Source: the human T2T-CHM13v2.0 reference genome, Homo sapiens
Strand: one strand, 5' to 3'
Assembly (NCBI RefSeq): GCF_009914755.1
Contig: NC_060928.1
Length of the DNA: 64,000 nucleotides
In this document: positions 38,855-52,295 of the stretch, in pieces
Position numbering within the stretch: position 1 is the first letter of the stretch
Layout of the letters: each line of letters starts with the position of its first letter
The notes under the pieces: model-generated
What the model was told of the DNA's origin: nothing
Database searches by the model: none
Seen by the model: only the letters and a program-made list of their open reading frames with translations
Translations under genes and position numbers: made by a program

Positions 38855-41465
38855 AAATTGACAATCCTAATTGTTCCTTTCTCACTGGGTCACGGTGGCA
38901 CGGCCCGGGGATGATGGGGGTGAAGATTGGCTGAGAACAGATTAATATAGAAGTGGAGAGAGGAATATTTGTGCGGTATTATTCCTTCAGAGTTGATAGA
39001 TGCAGAATCAATCTATCAAATGGGCTCTGTGGAGAATGGATGGGCCCAGAACTGCTGCTGTATGCTATTCTATCTCCTGGGGACCCTAGAACTCTATTAG
39101 GATTCCTGTAGTTGGCAGTGAGGTTGGCTCTGCATTAGGACTATATGTATCTCTCTGATGAGCCATATTTTTCCCTAACTAATCCTGAACATTCAAATTG
39201 GATTGTGTTTCATTCATGTCTTAATTATCAGGAAATCAGAGTGACTGACACATGGTTGATACTTAGATATTTTTCAAAGGATTGAAAATGAATTATGAAT
39301 TTGTATTTAATTCAGAGATGGACAGAGAACCAATGAAAGGTTTTGATATCAAGTGTAAGCAGGTTTGGGATTGGGCAACTACTCACATCGCAACACTCAG
39401 AATTCACAGGTGTTACTCCTTCCTACATTTCTTTCCATTAAGTTTGGGGAAAAAACCCAGATTATCTATCAAATACCAAACAATGACCAACAATCTTCTG
39501 CGGTAGCCTGAGATAATATTTTGATGCAAGTAAATTGGGAATATGAAAAATGTAAAATTGTTAGGGGTTGCGGAATCTTCAATGTCTAGTAATTTATCTA
39601 CCAGGTTAATAAGTTCAGTTTTTCTTAACAAGCATTTATTGAGTGTTCTGCTTTTTGTGAATTATTTAGCTAGATTCTATGAGGGACCCCAGAAGTTCCA
39701 TACAAGAAAGTCCAAATTAGAATCTTGATTAAATTTTATTTTAATCTGAAAATTTATTTTAAAAGAGACAAGATAACCTGACTTCTTGGTACGTTCACAA
39801 ACTGTATATAAAATGATAAATTGATTCCTCTTTATTACTTTGAGTAGTTCTTTCCAATTGATTGATTATATTGATATGACTACTTGAAAATACCCTGAAC
39901 CCAGTATGTTAGTATGGATGATTATGAAGGATTTAATATCCCATAAAAATGTGGTAGAGAATGTTGATAATTTACATTATATATGTACCTGAAGTCAGCA
40001 TTTAAAAGTTGATTTGTTAGAACATTTGATCTCACTGGCAGGAAGTGCTGATAAATGTAGAGAGTTTTCAAAGCAGAGAGGTATCAAGTTCAGTAACAAC
40101 TCATTAGGTGCAAATGCTTTGTCTGCAGGGAAGAGAAATTAATGATATCTCTACATCTTGCAACATTTGTCTTTGTAGTTCAGCCGTTCGAAAACCCTAC
40201 TCTACTTTCAAATTCTCTGTAAAAATATTTTTTCGTGGCCATGATATTTGATCTTATTGTAGTGGGAGTCATTTTAAAAGTTCAAAATTGGAGTCGAGTC
40301 ACAGGGAAACATTGCCAGTTCTATATGGAACAGCAAATTGTCCATAAAAAGGTACAGACTGGGCAAATAGAGTGAGCAAAGTCCCTTGGGCTGGGTAAGG
40401 AGGCAGGTGGGCTGGGAGTGGTCACTGGATATACAAAGAATCTCTTCCAAAAAGTGAAAACACTCTTTCTAGTAGATCTAATGATTTACATACTATGGGG
40501 GATAAGTAAATGTATTGAGATTTTCCAGTCCTTAGAAAACATTTAAAATAGCTATGGATGTCAAGAAAACACAGATGAGGGTATGTCGTTAAAACAATTA
40601 ACTAGATTTTTAAAACTAAACAAGTATTATAATTAGCCAAGAAGGTGAACCAGTACAGGCTCTTGGATCCTTCCCTCAGATAAACCCAAACATGCCAGAG
40701 AAGATATAAGGAGATTTATTGGCCTTAGAACTGTCCTCAGACACAAAAAGAGAAACTTTAAGAAACCTGTGGGGAGGCAGAAAATAGTTGGGATCTGGTG
40801 TAGAGGTGGCAAATGTAGGGCTGGTGGAAGAGGCAGCCAGGGCCCTAGAAGGGTATTAGCTGAGAAAGAACTCCCAGGCTGTGCCCTTTCTTATGACTCG
40901 TGCTCCTCTGAGCAAGTCATTGCTTGTCTTGTTCCAAGGCCTCTCCTGTGGGACAGAAGAGTGGCTAGGCCAGCCAGGCACAGGGAGCACTATGGCCCTG
41001 GCAGTGCTGGGGCCTGGCTGGGTGAGGAGCAGCAGCACAGGCAGTGCAGGGCTGGGCTGCTGAGGAGCATTTCCTCCTTGCCCCACCAGCCTACCTACCC
41101 TGTGGCTGTGGCACCTACAAGAAAGTCTTCAACCATTATTCAGTTGTTTTTAAAAAATTGGTTAAAGAAAGGAATCATAAAAATTTACCTGTGTATCTCA
41201 AAGATATCATTAATTAAATACTCAAAGGTATATTTTGTTAAACCAATGTAGTGATACAAGATCAAGGCCTCTCCTTTGAGGAGGGGTGTCCAGCTTAAAG
41301 TTCCACCATTTTTCTTGAATAAATCATACTCTTATGCATATCTATTATTCTCATTTTTGGTTCTTTAAATTGGAGCTAAAATTGTAAGACATTTGAGAAT
41401 CAATCTGAAAAAGATTCCTCCTAGATTTTTGTGATATTTTCCCATTATTAAAAACAGTAAACAGT

Positions 41466-41764
41466 GCTGGGGGCAGTGGTGCACACTTGTAATCCCAGCA
41501 CCTTGGGAGGCTGAGGTGGGAGGATTGCTTGAGCCCAGGAGTTTGAAACCAGCCTGGGCAACATAACAAAACCCTGTCTCTACCCCGCAAAAAAAAAAAA
41601 AAAAAAAAAAAAAGCCAAGCATGGTGGTAAGCACCTGTAGTCCTAGCTACTCAGGAGGCTGAGGCAGGGGTATAACTTGAGCCTAGGAGGGCGAGGCTGC
41701 AGAATGCTGTGATTGTGTGATTGTACTCCATCTTGGGTGACAGAGCAAGACCCTGTCTCTAAAG
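41466..41764 (+). mobile_element. AluJ with an expanded middle A-tract
   Basis: Alu dimer; A24 linker at about 41589-41613. Confidence 0.93.
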
Positions 41765-42279
41765 AAACAGATCTTGTCGCTTTGGCTGAATTCTTTTTTA
41801 AAAACTCAAAATTGCCTTTTTTCCCCCAAAAACTTATTTTCATGGGAATACACTTTTTTCCTTTTCTCATTTGTGTGTCGTCAATTTAAAAAAGATTTAA
41901 CCCAATTATGTTCAATAACAATACCAACAGACACAAATAGGTTTGGGCACAAAGCAAACTGATGTTGAAAGTTGTGCTCCATTGGTGGCACCAGAAGTTC
42001 ATGGGCATGAGAATAGCTTATTCGTTTTAAACACACAGCATGCTGTGGACACCTGTAAAATTTTCAGAGGAAATAGAGTGAAATTTTCAGGTGCTTTGTT
42101 TAAATAGATGTTGCCTATTATATTAGCTTGGGTATCTGGTTTTCCTAAGGGAATAAAAGATAAATGCATAGGAAAAAATAATGAAGCTTTTGTGGAAAGC
42201 AAGCATTGTTTAAAAAAAAGGCAATACACAGAATAACCTATAACAGAAGAAATAAAAATAATAAGATATTGAAAATGAA

Positions 42280-44210
42280 CTTAATAAATACCCTGAGAGA
42301 GATAGGGAAGTATAGTAGATGCGGGAAGAAGAGTTATGTGAAAGAAACAAGTGAGAAATTTTGAAACGAAATAGCTTAATTTTCAGTGTAACACAAAAGA
42401 TGGCTTAAATAACAGAATGGATATCTACAAATAATTAAATCTATGTAGAAATTTAAAGCCTCAATAAAGAGATAAAAGAAATGAGATAAAGAATGAGAGA
42501 AAAGCTAACAGATATGGAAGATAAAATGTTAACATTTGTCAGAAGGAAAAAGAAAATAAAGGGAATACAATATTTAAACAATAATACTGTTATTTCCCTA
42601 GAAACAAAACAACTTATGAAACTTCTGCTAGAAAGGGTACAGAGAGTGCTAAGTAGAATAGATGAGGGACTCCTTCTAACACATACACATTATAGTAAAC
42701 TTTTTATACCATAAAGCATAAAGTAAAATTCCAGAGAAAGCAGATCACCTACAAAGAAATAAGAATCTGGCATCAGACTTCTCAATAGGAATATGGTATT
42801 AGTTTATATAATATTTTATCTTGTTCATGGCTAAGATATATTTGTTTATAAGCTTTAGCAGACTTATCTGGGTGGATCATCATGAGTTTTATGTTTATGG
42901 TGCCTTCCAGAAGAGTAAGAATAGAATGTATAAATATTAAAATAGAAAAAAATGGATTTAGCTAATGTAAAGTAATAACAGAAAAAGAAGTGCAATAAAA
43001 GTATTATAAAATGAAACATAAAAAAGATGGCACCAATAAGGTCTAATTTAATAGTAATTAAACTAAGTGTATATAGGTTAAACTTACTATTCAAAGACAA
43101 AGATTCAGATTAATCTGTGAAAACAAACCAAGATCTAGAAATACATTTCCTAAAAATAAGAAAAGAGAGAAAACTTTAAAACAATAAGTTTGAATATGAA
43201 AAAAATATAAAGGCAAGTAAGAATAAAAAGAAAGTGAAGTAGCAATTTTAGAAATGACGCATACAATTTAAGAATTAAAATGTAAAAGAAAATAAGAGGG
43301 ATGTTATAGACAAGCAAAATAAGATAAAATGATAATGAAGATATATGTACCTATTAATATTGCCCCAAAATATGGACATCAACAAAATTATAACTAAAGA
43401 AATGGTCACACCAATAATTGTAGCTGGAGATTTTAACTGAGATCCAGAAGGAAAAAAAAGTATAGAAGATTGAAATAATAGAATCACATTATATGTAAAT
43501 TCACATATGCACATATAAATTTTTTACCAACTCTGAATATATTGTTTTTGAGCATATGTAACAAAGTCACAAAAATTGAGAAGATACTAATTTGAAAGTT
43601 AAGTTCAATACATGTTCCAGAGAATTGTTATCACACATATCATATACTTCGAGAAGAATAAATTTTGAAACTGATAACAAAAAGATAGCTAAAATGTTTT
43701 ATGTATCAGAAACAATTAACATACCATAAAATAACTCAATTTTAAAATCATGTAGAAAATTATGAAGTATGTAGATATGAAAATAGCGCATATTAAAATT
43801 TGTGGATGTAGAGAATTCACTGCCAAAAGTAACATTTCTGATGTTAGATATATTTATCAAAAGGCAAACAAAAATATGAAAGCCAAAGAACTAAATATTC
43901 AACTTGAGCAGCTTGAAAATAGCGTCAAAATAAATCCAAAGAAAACAAAAAGAGAAGTAATAAAGATAAGGAAAGACATCAATAAATGAAAAACAGCAAA
44001 AGCAATCATAACAAGAAAGATTTTAAAAAATAGTTTTTTAAAAAGGCTAATAAAATTTTTGTCAAAAGCAATCAAGAGACATGGATGTAAGTTGCAAATT
44101 TAAAAAGTGGAAAATAACTTGTAGAAACAAACATAAAATTTTGGAAACAGTGTGCAGAACAATTATATGACAATAATTCAGAAAGTCTTGATAAAATGTT
44201 AATTTTTGAT
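42280..44210 (+). mobile_element. Old L1M ORF1 / ORF2 endonuclease-region relic
   Basis: aagcagatcacctacaaag...catcagacttctcaa (ORF1); attgtagctggagattttaac (GDFN); ORF 43762-43989 ELNIQLEQLE...KREVIKIRKDIN resembles ORF2. Confidence 0.75.
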
Positions 44211-44784
44211 TTCCATGAACAACTTAAGTTTGTTCTTTTCTTTCTTTGTTTTTTTCTTTCACTCGTTCTTTTTTTTTTTTTTTTTTCTTAGTGGAAAGGT
44301 TAAATTGGTTGGATCCCAAAGAAGTCTTTTGCTTTGACCTAAGCCATGGCAATTTGACAAGCCTGCTTTGGGGAGTGAAGGAGCTCAGGTTTAGAGTTAG
44401 TATCCCTAATCTCTCTGGGTTTACAAGAGAAGACAGATGGCTGTAGTATGTTAAAACAGCTCTCAGTAAAATACTGTATCCAGGGGATACTAATCAAGCC
44501 TGGTAAATGAGTGAGAATGAATTATGGAATTATGGAACAAAACACAAACAAAAGCCCCACTGTCCTTGAGGGCTGACGACTATCATCACAAAGGCAAAGT
44601 TAACTCAGAGAAACCCAATCACATTCGGTCATCTCATGCTTGGGGGTGCTCTCCAGTGTTTTATTGATTCCTAAATAGACTGAGCAGAAGTGGCTGGGTA
44701 CTTTGAGCCTGAAAGGGGTTTTCTGATTTTGTGGGACTCTTTGAACCATATCCTCGGGATTCATCTTATCCTTGGGTCATACTG

Positions 44785-45654
44785 TTTTTTATTTATTTAT
44801 TTATTTATTTATTTTTATTATACTTTTAAGTTTTAGGGTACATGTGCAAAATGTGCAGGTTAGTTACATATGAATACATGTGCCATGCTGGTGCGCTGCA
44901 CCCACTAACTCGTCATCTAGCATTAGGTATATCTCCCAATGCTATCCCTCCCCCCTCCCTCCACCCCACAACAGTCCCCAGAGTGTGATGTTCCCCTTCC
45001 TGTGTCCATGTGTTCTCATTGTTCAATTCCCACCTATGAGTGAGAATATGCAGTTTGGTTTTTTGTTCTTGCAATAGTTTACTGAGAATGATGATTTCCA
45101 ATTTCATCCATGTCCCTACAAAGGACATGAACTCATCCTTTTTTATGGCTGCATAGTATTCCATGGTGTATATGTGCCACATTTTCTTAATCCAGTCTAT
45201 CATTGTTGGACATTTGGGTTGGCTCCAAGTCTTTGCTATTATGAATAATGCCTCAATAAACATACATGTGCGTGTGTCTTTATAGCAGCATGATTTATAG
45301 TCCTTTGGGTATATACCCAGTAATGGGATGGCTGGGTCAAATAGTATTTCTAGTTCTAGATCTCTGAGGAATCGCCACACTGACTTCCACAGTGGTTGAA
45401 CTAGTTTACAGTCCCACCAACAGTGTAAAAGTGTTCCTATTTCTCCACATCCTCTCCAGCACCTGTTGTTTCCTGACTTTTTAATGATTGCCATTCTAAT
45501 TGGTGTGAAATGGTATCTCATTGTGGTTTTGATTTGCATTTCTCTGATGGCCAGTGATGGTGAGCATTTTTTCATGTGTTTTTTGGCTGCATAAATGTCT
45601 TCTTTTGAGAAGTGTCTGTTCATGTCCTTTGCCCACTTTTTGATGGGGTTGTTT
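44785..45654 (-). mobile_element. 5'-truncated L1PA2/3
   Basis: (TTTA)n tail; 3'UTR gctagatgacGAGttagtgggtgcagcgcacc (not the Ta ACA allele); ORF 44913-45623 is the ORF2 C-terminus. Confidence 0.95.
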
Positions 45655-46990
45655 ATTCATTGTTTCAAACTCCCTAGGTTTGGTAGTCAGAAAGAGTTTT
45701 GACTGACGTTCTGCTGTAATTAGTAACTTGAATAAACTACTAAGGGATTCAGTCTCTCTCTGTGAAGGTGGAAGAATTTATAATTTTTTGAGTGCATGCT
45801 TTTTTTATAAACTCCCAATTTCTGAAGGGCATATCTTACACCAGTGTAAAACAGTGTTTCTGAAAAAGGCTAGATTGTAAGCTTCTCAACATATTTGGGA
45901 ACCATACAAAGAATTCTCAGGAGAGAAAAAGGTCTTTATTCTCTTCAAAAGCATATGTGGGAGTATCCATCCTTCATTTAATAAGGTGTTTGCCCAGATG
46001 GCACTATTATTTATCATTTAGATGATATGCCAGTCGAATTAACCTCTGACACACTTATAAATCTAACTATTCAATTAGAAGAAGAATAGGACTATTTAAT
46101 CTGAATTGAGGTAGCTAGAGATGGTAAAACAAGCTCTAGCAATAACTGGCTTTATTAGCCAATTGGTTCTGGCTACAAAATAGCATACCCTTTCCAAGAA
46201 AGGGATTCTTTAATTCTTTTAATTCTTACCTGGTTGTTTTCTGGGCTGATTCCAGTCTGGGTGCAGCACTTCTAGAGAGCAGTTATAAATATTTCCCTTA
46301 TTTGGCTTGCTTGGATCTATGACCATTAGAGGAAAACCAGATGACAAATTGGTTCAGGGGTGGGATAGTCAGTTATCTCTAACTCATAAACTGTACCTGA
46401 TAAACCCTGATTTATTTACAAGGAATGAAGTGGAATAAATTTTCTTGCCACACCTTGAACTTAATCTTCCATAACATATGACTTGGAATTCAAAGCCTAA
46501 AGAATTTGTTCATTTTTCTTTAAAAATAGAGTGCCATTCTATTTTGTATAGAGAGCCATTCACTCATTTATTCAATACTTAGAGAACATCAACTATTTAA
46601 GAAAGACTGGGTTGTCTTTTAATCCTCCAAACAATTTGTGAATTGGGTGCTATCCACATTTGAGAGTGTATGTTTCTATGTGAGTTCTTGCATTGTTTTG
46701 TGATGGGGTTGATCTTATTGATATTTTGTTTATTCAGTCTTTATTAGGATTATGATGCCCATGAGGCCGAGAGTTTTAAGTGATGTTGTGCCTTCCGTGG
46801 ATATCTTAACACTCTCCAAGTACCCAGTATGCATAAGGCATAGAAGTTGCATTGGATTTAGTAGACATGAAAGTTGACCAAAAAATTGTGCAGCAGACAA
46901 TGAATATCATGTATACTAGTAATTGCATGAGAAAATAAGTAACAAGAAAATAAGTAACTAGAAAATATTTCTTTAATATATTTAAAGACT

Positions 46991-47120
46991 AGCCAGGTGC
47001 TGTAGTGTGTGCCTGTAGTCCCAGTTACTTGGGAGGCTGAGGTTGGAGAATTGCTTGAGCCCAAGAGTTCAAGGCCAGCCTGGGCAATGTAACAACAAAT
47101 CATCTCTAACAAAAAAATAA
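46991..47120 (+). mobile_element. FLAM-type Alu monomer
   Basis: Single arm agccaggtgctgtagtgtgtgcctgtagtcccag...gagttcaaggccagcctgggcaa followed by an A tail. Confidence 0.85.
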
Positions 47121-49450
47121 ACGCTAATAAGCTTACCTGTGTGCTCCATGTAAAATTAAATTTATATCATTCAATCAGGTATTTATTGAGTAGCTTCTGT
47201 GAGCACTATCCAAGGGATTTTAATATAAATTCCAGTTATAGAAAATATCATTTGATTAGCTAGTTAGATTTCTATCACAGCAAGAGCCCCACTGACTGGT
47301 CTATTTGATCATCTCTTCCTCTAAACTGAGCACCTTCAGAGCATTTTCCTCTCTCCATTTGAGTCTTCCCAGCATTAAGCACACCACTTGGCATAATAAA
47401 TATTAAATATAAGTTTTTTTAAAATTGATGAATGGCCAAATTATAGATCCATCAATCTAAATGTGCATACTTTTCTGCCTGTGGGCAGTACTATTCAGAA
47501 GTCATTATCTAAAAGGCTGCCTTTTTTCATACATACACTGGAAAAATAAAACTATTCACCTAATTGAACTTTAGTGGAGAAAATGGGTTGGATGCTTTAA
47601 TTCCTCGTATTTAATTCAGAGAAATCTCATTTCTCTGAAAAGAATTCCAAATTCTCAGTAAAGAATATTCCTAGAACTTAAAGTAAAATATAAAAAGAAT
47701 ATTCAATTACAAACAAAATAAGTTCATGGTAAGTGCATCATTTAATTACCAGGTTGGTACCGACCACCGCCTTTCTTATCTTACTTTTTGAAGTAACTTC
47801 ACAATGACCAAATGTAGACAGCCTATCACATGTCATCTTAAAATAATTTGCTGAAGAAAAAACTTTTCTTGGTTTGATGAAGTGAAGTGAGTGCTGAGTG
47901 GTCGGATGGAGAAACACTTCTTAAGGGCCATCCTCTCTGTTGTTCCCCTTAAAAAAGTCCTCAAGATCATAGATTCATAAGCACACCTCACATTGAGCGA
48001 ACACAACTGAAATATCATTTTCACTTTCATAATGGTGAGACAAGAAAATGCCTGAAATGATGTTGCTATTTGTATTCTTGCTTTTCCTACTTGGTTAGAC
48101 CAGCATAATAGCAAGAACAAGAAATGATACTATTGCTAAACACAATGCATTTCTACAAAAATGTCTCAAATCTGATATTAATCACAAACTATTTACTGAT
48201 GCCTGGGTTAAAGGGGAAGACTTGTAATACAAAGGGTAGGTCAATTGTGAATCTTGTCAGCATTGTGCTAGTGACAGACTTTGTTACGTGTGAAAAGAAA
48301 AAAGCTTCAGAACATTTCAAATGTGTTGGCTGAACAGATATAAACAAAAAGAGATTGGCATTCTTGTGGATATCTTATGTATTCAAAAGCCCCTTTCCAC
48401 TCATGGAAGAAAAAAACAGAGTTCATTATGTATTTGTGAAAAACAAAATTACCTATTCATAAAAATCAAAAGCAATATGTTTTGCTTATATCAATGGGTA
48501 AAATTAATACAACTTTTCCCATAATAGTTCATTTGCTCTGACATAATTTTGAATATCAGAACAAAATGTCAGGGAGAGTTATATATTGGAATAAGAGATA
48601 ACATCTTCAGATAAATTGCTTTTTTTCTATAGAATCATAAGAATCAATTATTCATTATTCAGAAAATGTTAGCACTTCTAATTTGTACAGGGGCTTTCAA
48701 ATTTACTCATTGATTCACCTGCAGGGCATGCCTCTACTGTATACATCAAGGTACATTATTATTATTTTTGGCACTGCCTATTAATAACTGGATATTGGTG
48801 CTGTGCTTTCAGTGACATATTTAATCTGCTTTTGATTAAACCAAGCCTTCAATTATTCTTGGATAATATTTTCTTGAATCATACTTTTGAATATTAAGAG
48901 CAACGATCTTAACTCTTCTTTCTCTCATTCACTTTTACATTTGTCCTAGTCTTGTAAAAATGACTGGAGGTGTATTAAAGCTTCACAGTGGCCAGTCTTC
49001 CAGACATCAGAGCTCCCTTCCCACAACAGGTAGGGATGGGAAAGGCAACTTCCCACTGAGATTGCACTTGGTAGGATTATTCAATTTCTGAACTTGCTGC
49101 TGCTACCAAGGCTGTTAATTAGTATGAAGTATGACAGCTTGTAGCATGATTGGACTCTTGTACAACACAAATAATCATTAGTTGCTAATGACTTTAAATC
49201 ACTGTGAACAAGGCAGAGATTGACCCTGTGACCTCAATGTTCCAAGGGATTCTTAGAAGCTATGTCGTCTCCTATAATGAATGAAGCTGGGTGTCTGGAT
49301 TGAGAGCTGGAAATTTTTTTTTCAGTCACAGAAATAATTTCTTTGAACAAATATATGATATTGAGGTCTTAATTTACTTGATCTAAAAAATAAATATTTT
49401 ATCAGATTTAGTGTGTGTATCAAATTAGTGCCATATAAAAAAGCCACGTA

Positions 49451-49770
49451 GGACCAGACATGGTGGCTCACATCTGTAATCCCAACAATCTGGGAGGCTG
49501 AGGTAGGTGGATCACTTGAGCCCAATAGTTCAAGAGCAGCCTGGGCAATGTGGTGAAACCTCAACTCTACAAGAAAAAAAAAAAAAAAAAACTAGCTGGG
49601 CAAGCTGGGCATGGTGGCATGCACCTGTAGTCACAGCTACTCCGGAGGCTTAGGTGGTTGGATCATCTGAGCCCGGGGAGGATGAGGCTGCAGTGAGCCA
49701 TGATCACACCACTGCATTCCAGCTGAGTGACAGAGTGAGACTCTGTCTCAAAACAAACAAACAGACAAAA
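49451..49770 (+). mobile_element. AluJ
   Basis: Alu dimer with J-type diagnostics (cttgagccca, gaggctgcagtgagccatgatc). Confidence 0.93.
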
Positions 49771-50201
49771 ACACATAGGAAATGCGTAAAGTACTTTCTA
49801 CAGATTTTGTTTGTATCTTTGTAAGCTTTAGGAAATGTCACTTACTTTTCTTTCATAGTGATAGGGATGATTAGTTCTCACCTGTAATCTCAAGATAATG
49901 GGTTACTTAAGATTGAATTGGCTGAAAGCAGAATGGATGTAAAATCAAAAATGACACCTTGAAAACATTTCCAAGGTAAAAAATGATTTTGTGATGTAGT
50001 TTATAATGTCTTTACATATATTTAACATTTTGTATAACAATTACTGAATTTCCACATATAATTATATGTAGACATAGACCTATAAAGACTGATTTTAAAA
50101 CATACACCAGAATTAAATACAACAGATATTTAACAAGTTGAAAGTTTTAAAATATAGCATAAGGATTATAAGGAATAAGAATATAAGAAAATAGAAATAT
50201 A

Positions 50202-50572
<371 letters not shown>

Positions 50573-51056
50573 TCAGTAGATGCTTTACTCTTAAATAAAC
50601 TGGTAGAACATATGAATTAACATGTGTTCAATGTTTCCTGTCACAGGCTGGGGAGTTAGAGTCCTGGGTTCCATTTTTAAAAATTTGACAAATTCACCTA
50701 TTGCATAACAGCACCCAAAGAGATACTCACACAGAAGCCCTCAGAAGCGGGTAATTATTCCTGCTCTACTAATGGTGAAATTGGAAACACATGGTTTTCA
50801 CTAGCCCTGTCAGTGGCCACTGATGGTGTATATAAATGCCAAACATTACACTCACATTTTCTAAAATGGAACTTTACTTTTAAAGCATAATTGCTAGTAT
50901 ACTAAGATTTCCTTATAGATAAAATGTGCATGATTAAGAGATTATATATTAGGTTGGTTTAACAATTATTGTTCACAACCAGATTCACAACCTGGGACAA
51001 ATAAAATTAAAAGGACTTGAAAATTTGCCTGGCTTCTTTTGGAACTCTCTTAGTGA

Positions 51057-51442
<386 letters not shown>

Positions 51443-52260
51443 CCGGTTTCAAATTTTTATGGTAACATTAAGTGTGTGTTCTCAGCTTGAAATGTTTTAT
51501 GCTAATTGGCTCAACTAAGCTTTATCTTTTCCTTATCAACTGGGTAAATTCTGCTTACGACAAGAAGATGCTTAACACAGTAGTAAAAACTTATATTTAT
51601 TGGGTTTTTGCCATATCCCAAGAATTCAGCTAGGTACTTTCACATATATTATCTCATTTTCACAAAAACACAGTCCAAATTGATACAGAAATTAAAAGCC
51701 AAATGTAAATGTATCACAATTCTCATGAAGCGTGGGGCTGGTTCTTGGCAAAACTGTAGCTGTTTTTCTTTGGTCTTTCCAGCCTTCCTTTCTTTCTGTA
51801 TCATTTCCTAAATTGTTGCCCATGAATACCTGCTCTAAGGAAAGAACATAATGTTGGTCATTTGCATCTTATGAATATTTAAGCAATTTCAAAGCCAAAA
51901 ATCCAAAAAAATTTAATACTAATATATAAACAAGAACAATAGCTTGTTTTAAGATAGGGTACTGGGTCCTCCCTAACACACAGCAATCTAGAAGTCTCCA
52001 GGATACTAAGACTGAGAATCACAGGTGCTTGAAAAAAACTGAAGATTACTACTGGACTTGAGAAAAGAAAACATAATTTCTTCAGCTATAGGCAAAATTG
52101 CCAAATCATGATTCTAGAAAATTCTATGGAGATGATATATTATTATTACAATCCCTAGGACCAAAGAATACTAAAGCAAATATTTAAATTAGTGGCAAAT
52201 CAAAGTGCAAAAACTGTCAGTATTTTTTCCACGTTCATGGACTTTATGAAGCCCTAAATA

Positions 52261-52261
52261 T

Positions 52262-52294
<33 letters not shown>
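52261..52294. repeat. (TG)n microsatellite
   Basis: tgtgtatgtgtgtg... run. Confidence 0.95.

Positions 52295-52295
<1 letters not shown>

Noticed and set aside
40769-41251. 160-aa ORF in a G-rich patch with a loose ~40-bp internal repeat
   Set aside because: GTG start, no recognisable homology, no CpG island, and it drifts into AT-rich sequence
44913-45623. Longest ORF in the window (236 aa)
   Set aside because: It is the L1 ORF2 C-terminus reading into the 3'UTR after a small indel; the element is promoterless and truncated
47615-47639. Perfect 11-bp hairpin ttcagagaaat-ctc-atttctctgaa
   Set aside because: One such stem is plausible by chance in 64 kb of AT-rich DNA, and there is no supporting context
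47785-47947. Possible minus-strand exon (ttttttaag ... aaa|gtaaga)
   Set aside because: Weak AAG acceptor with a short pyrimidine tract and no recognisable coding frame
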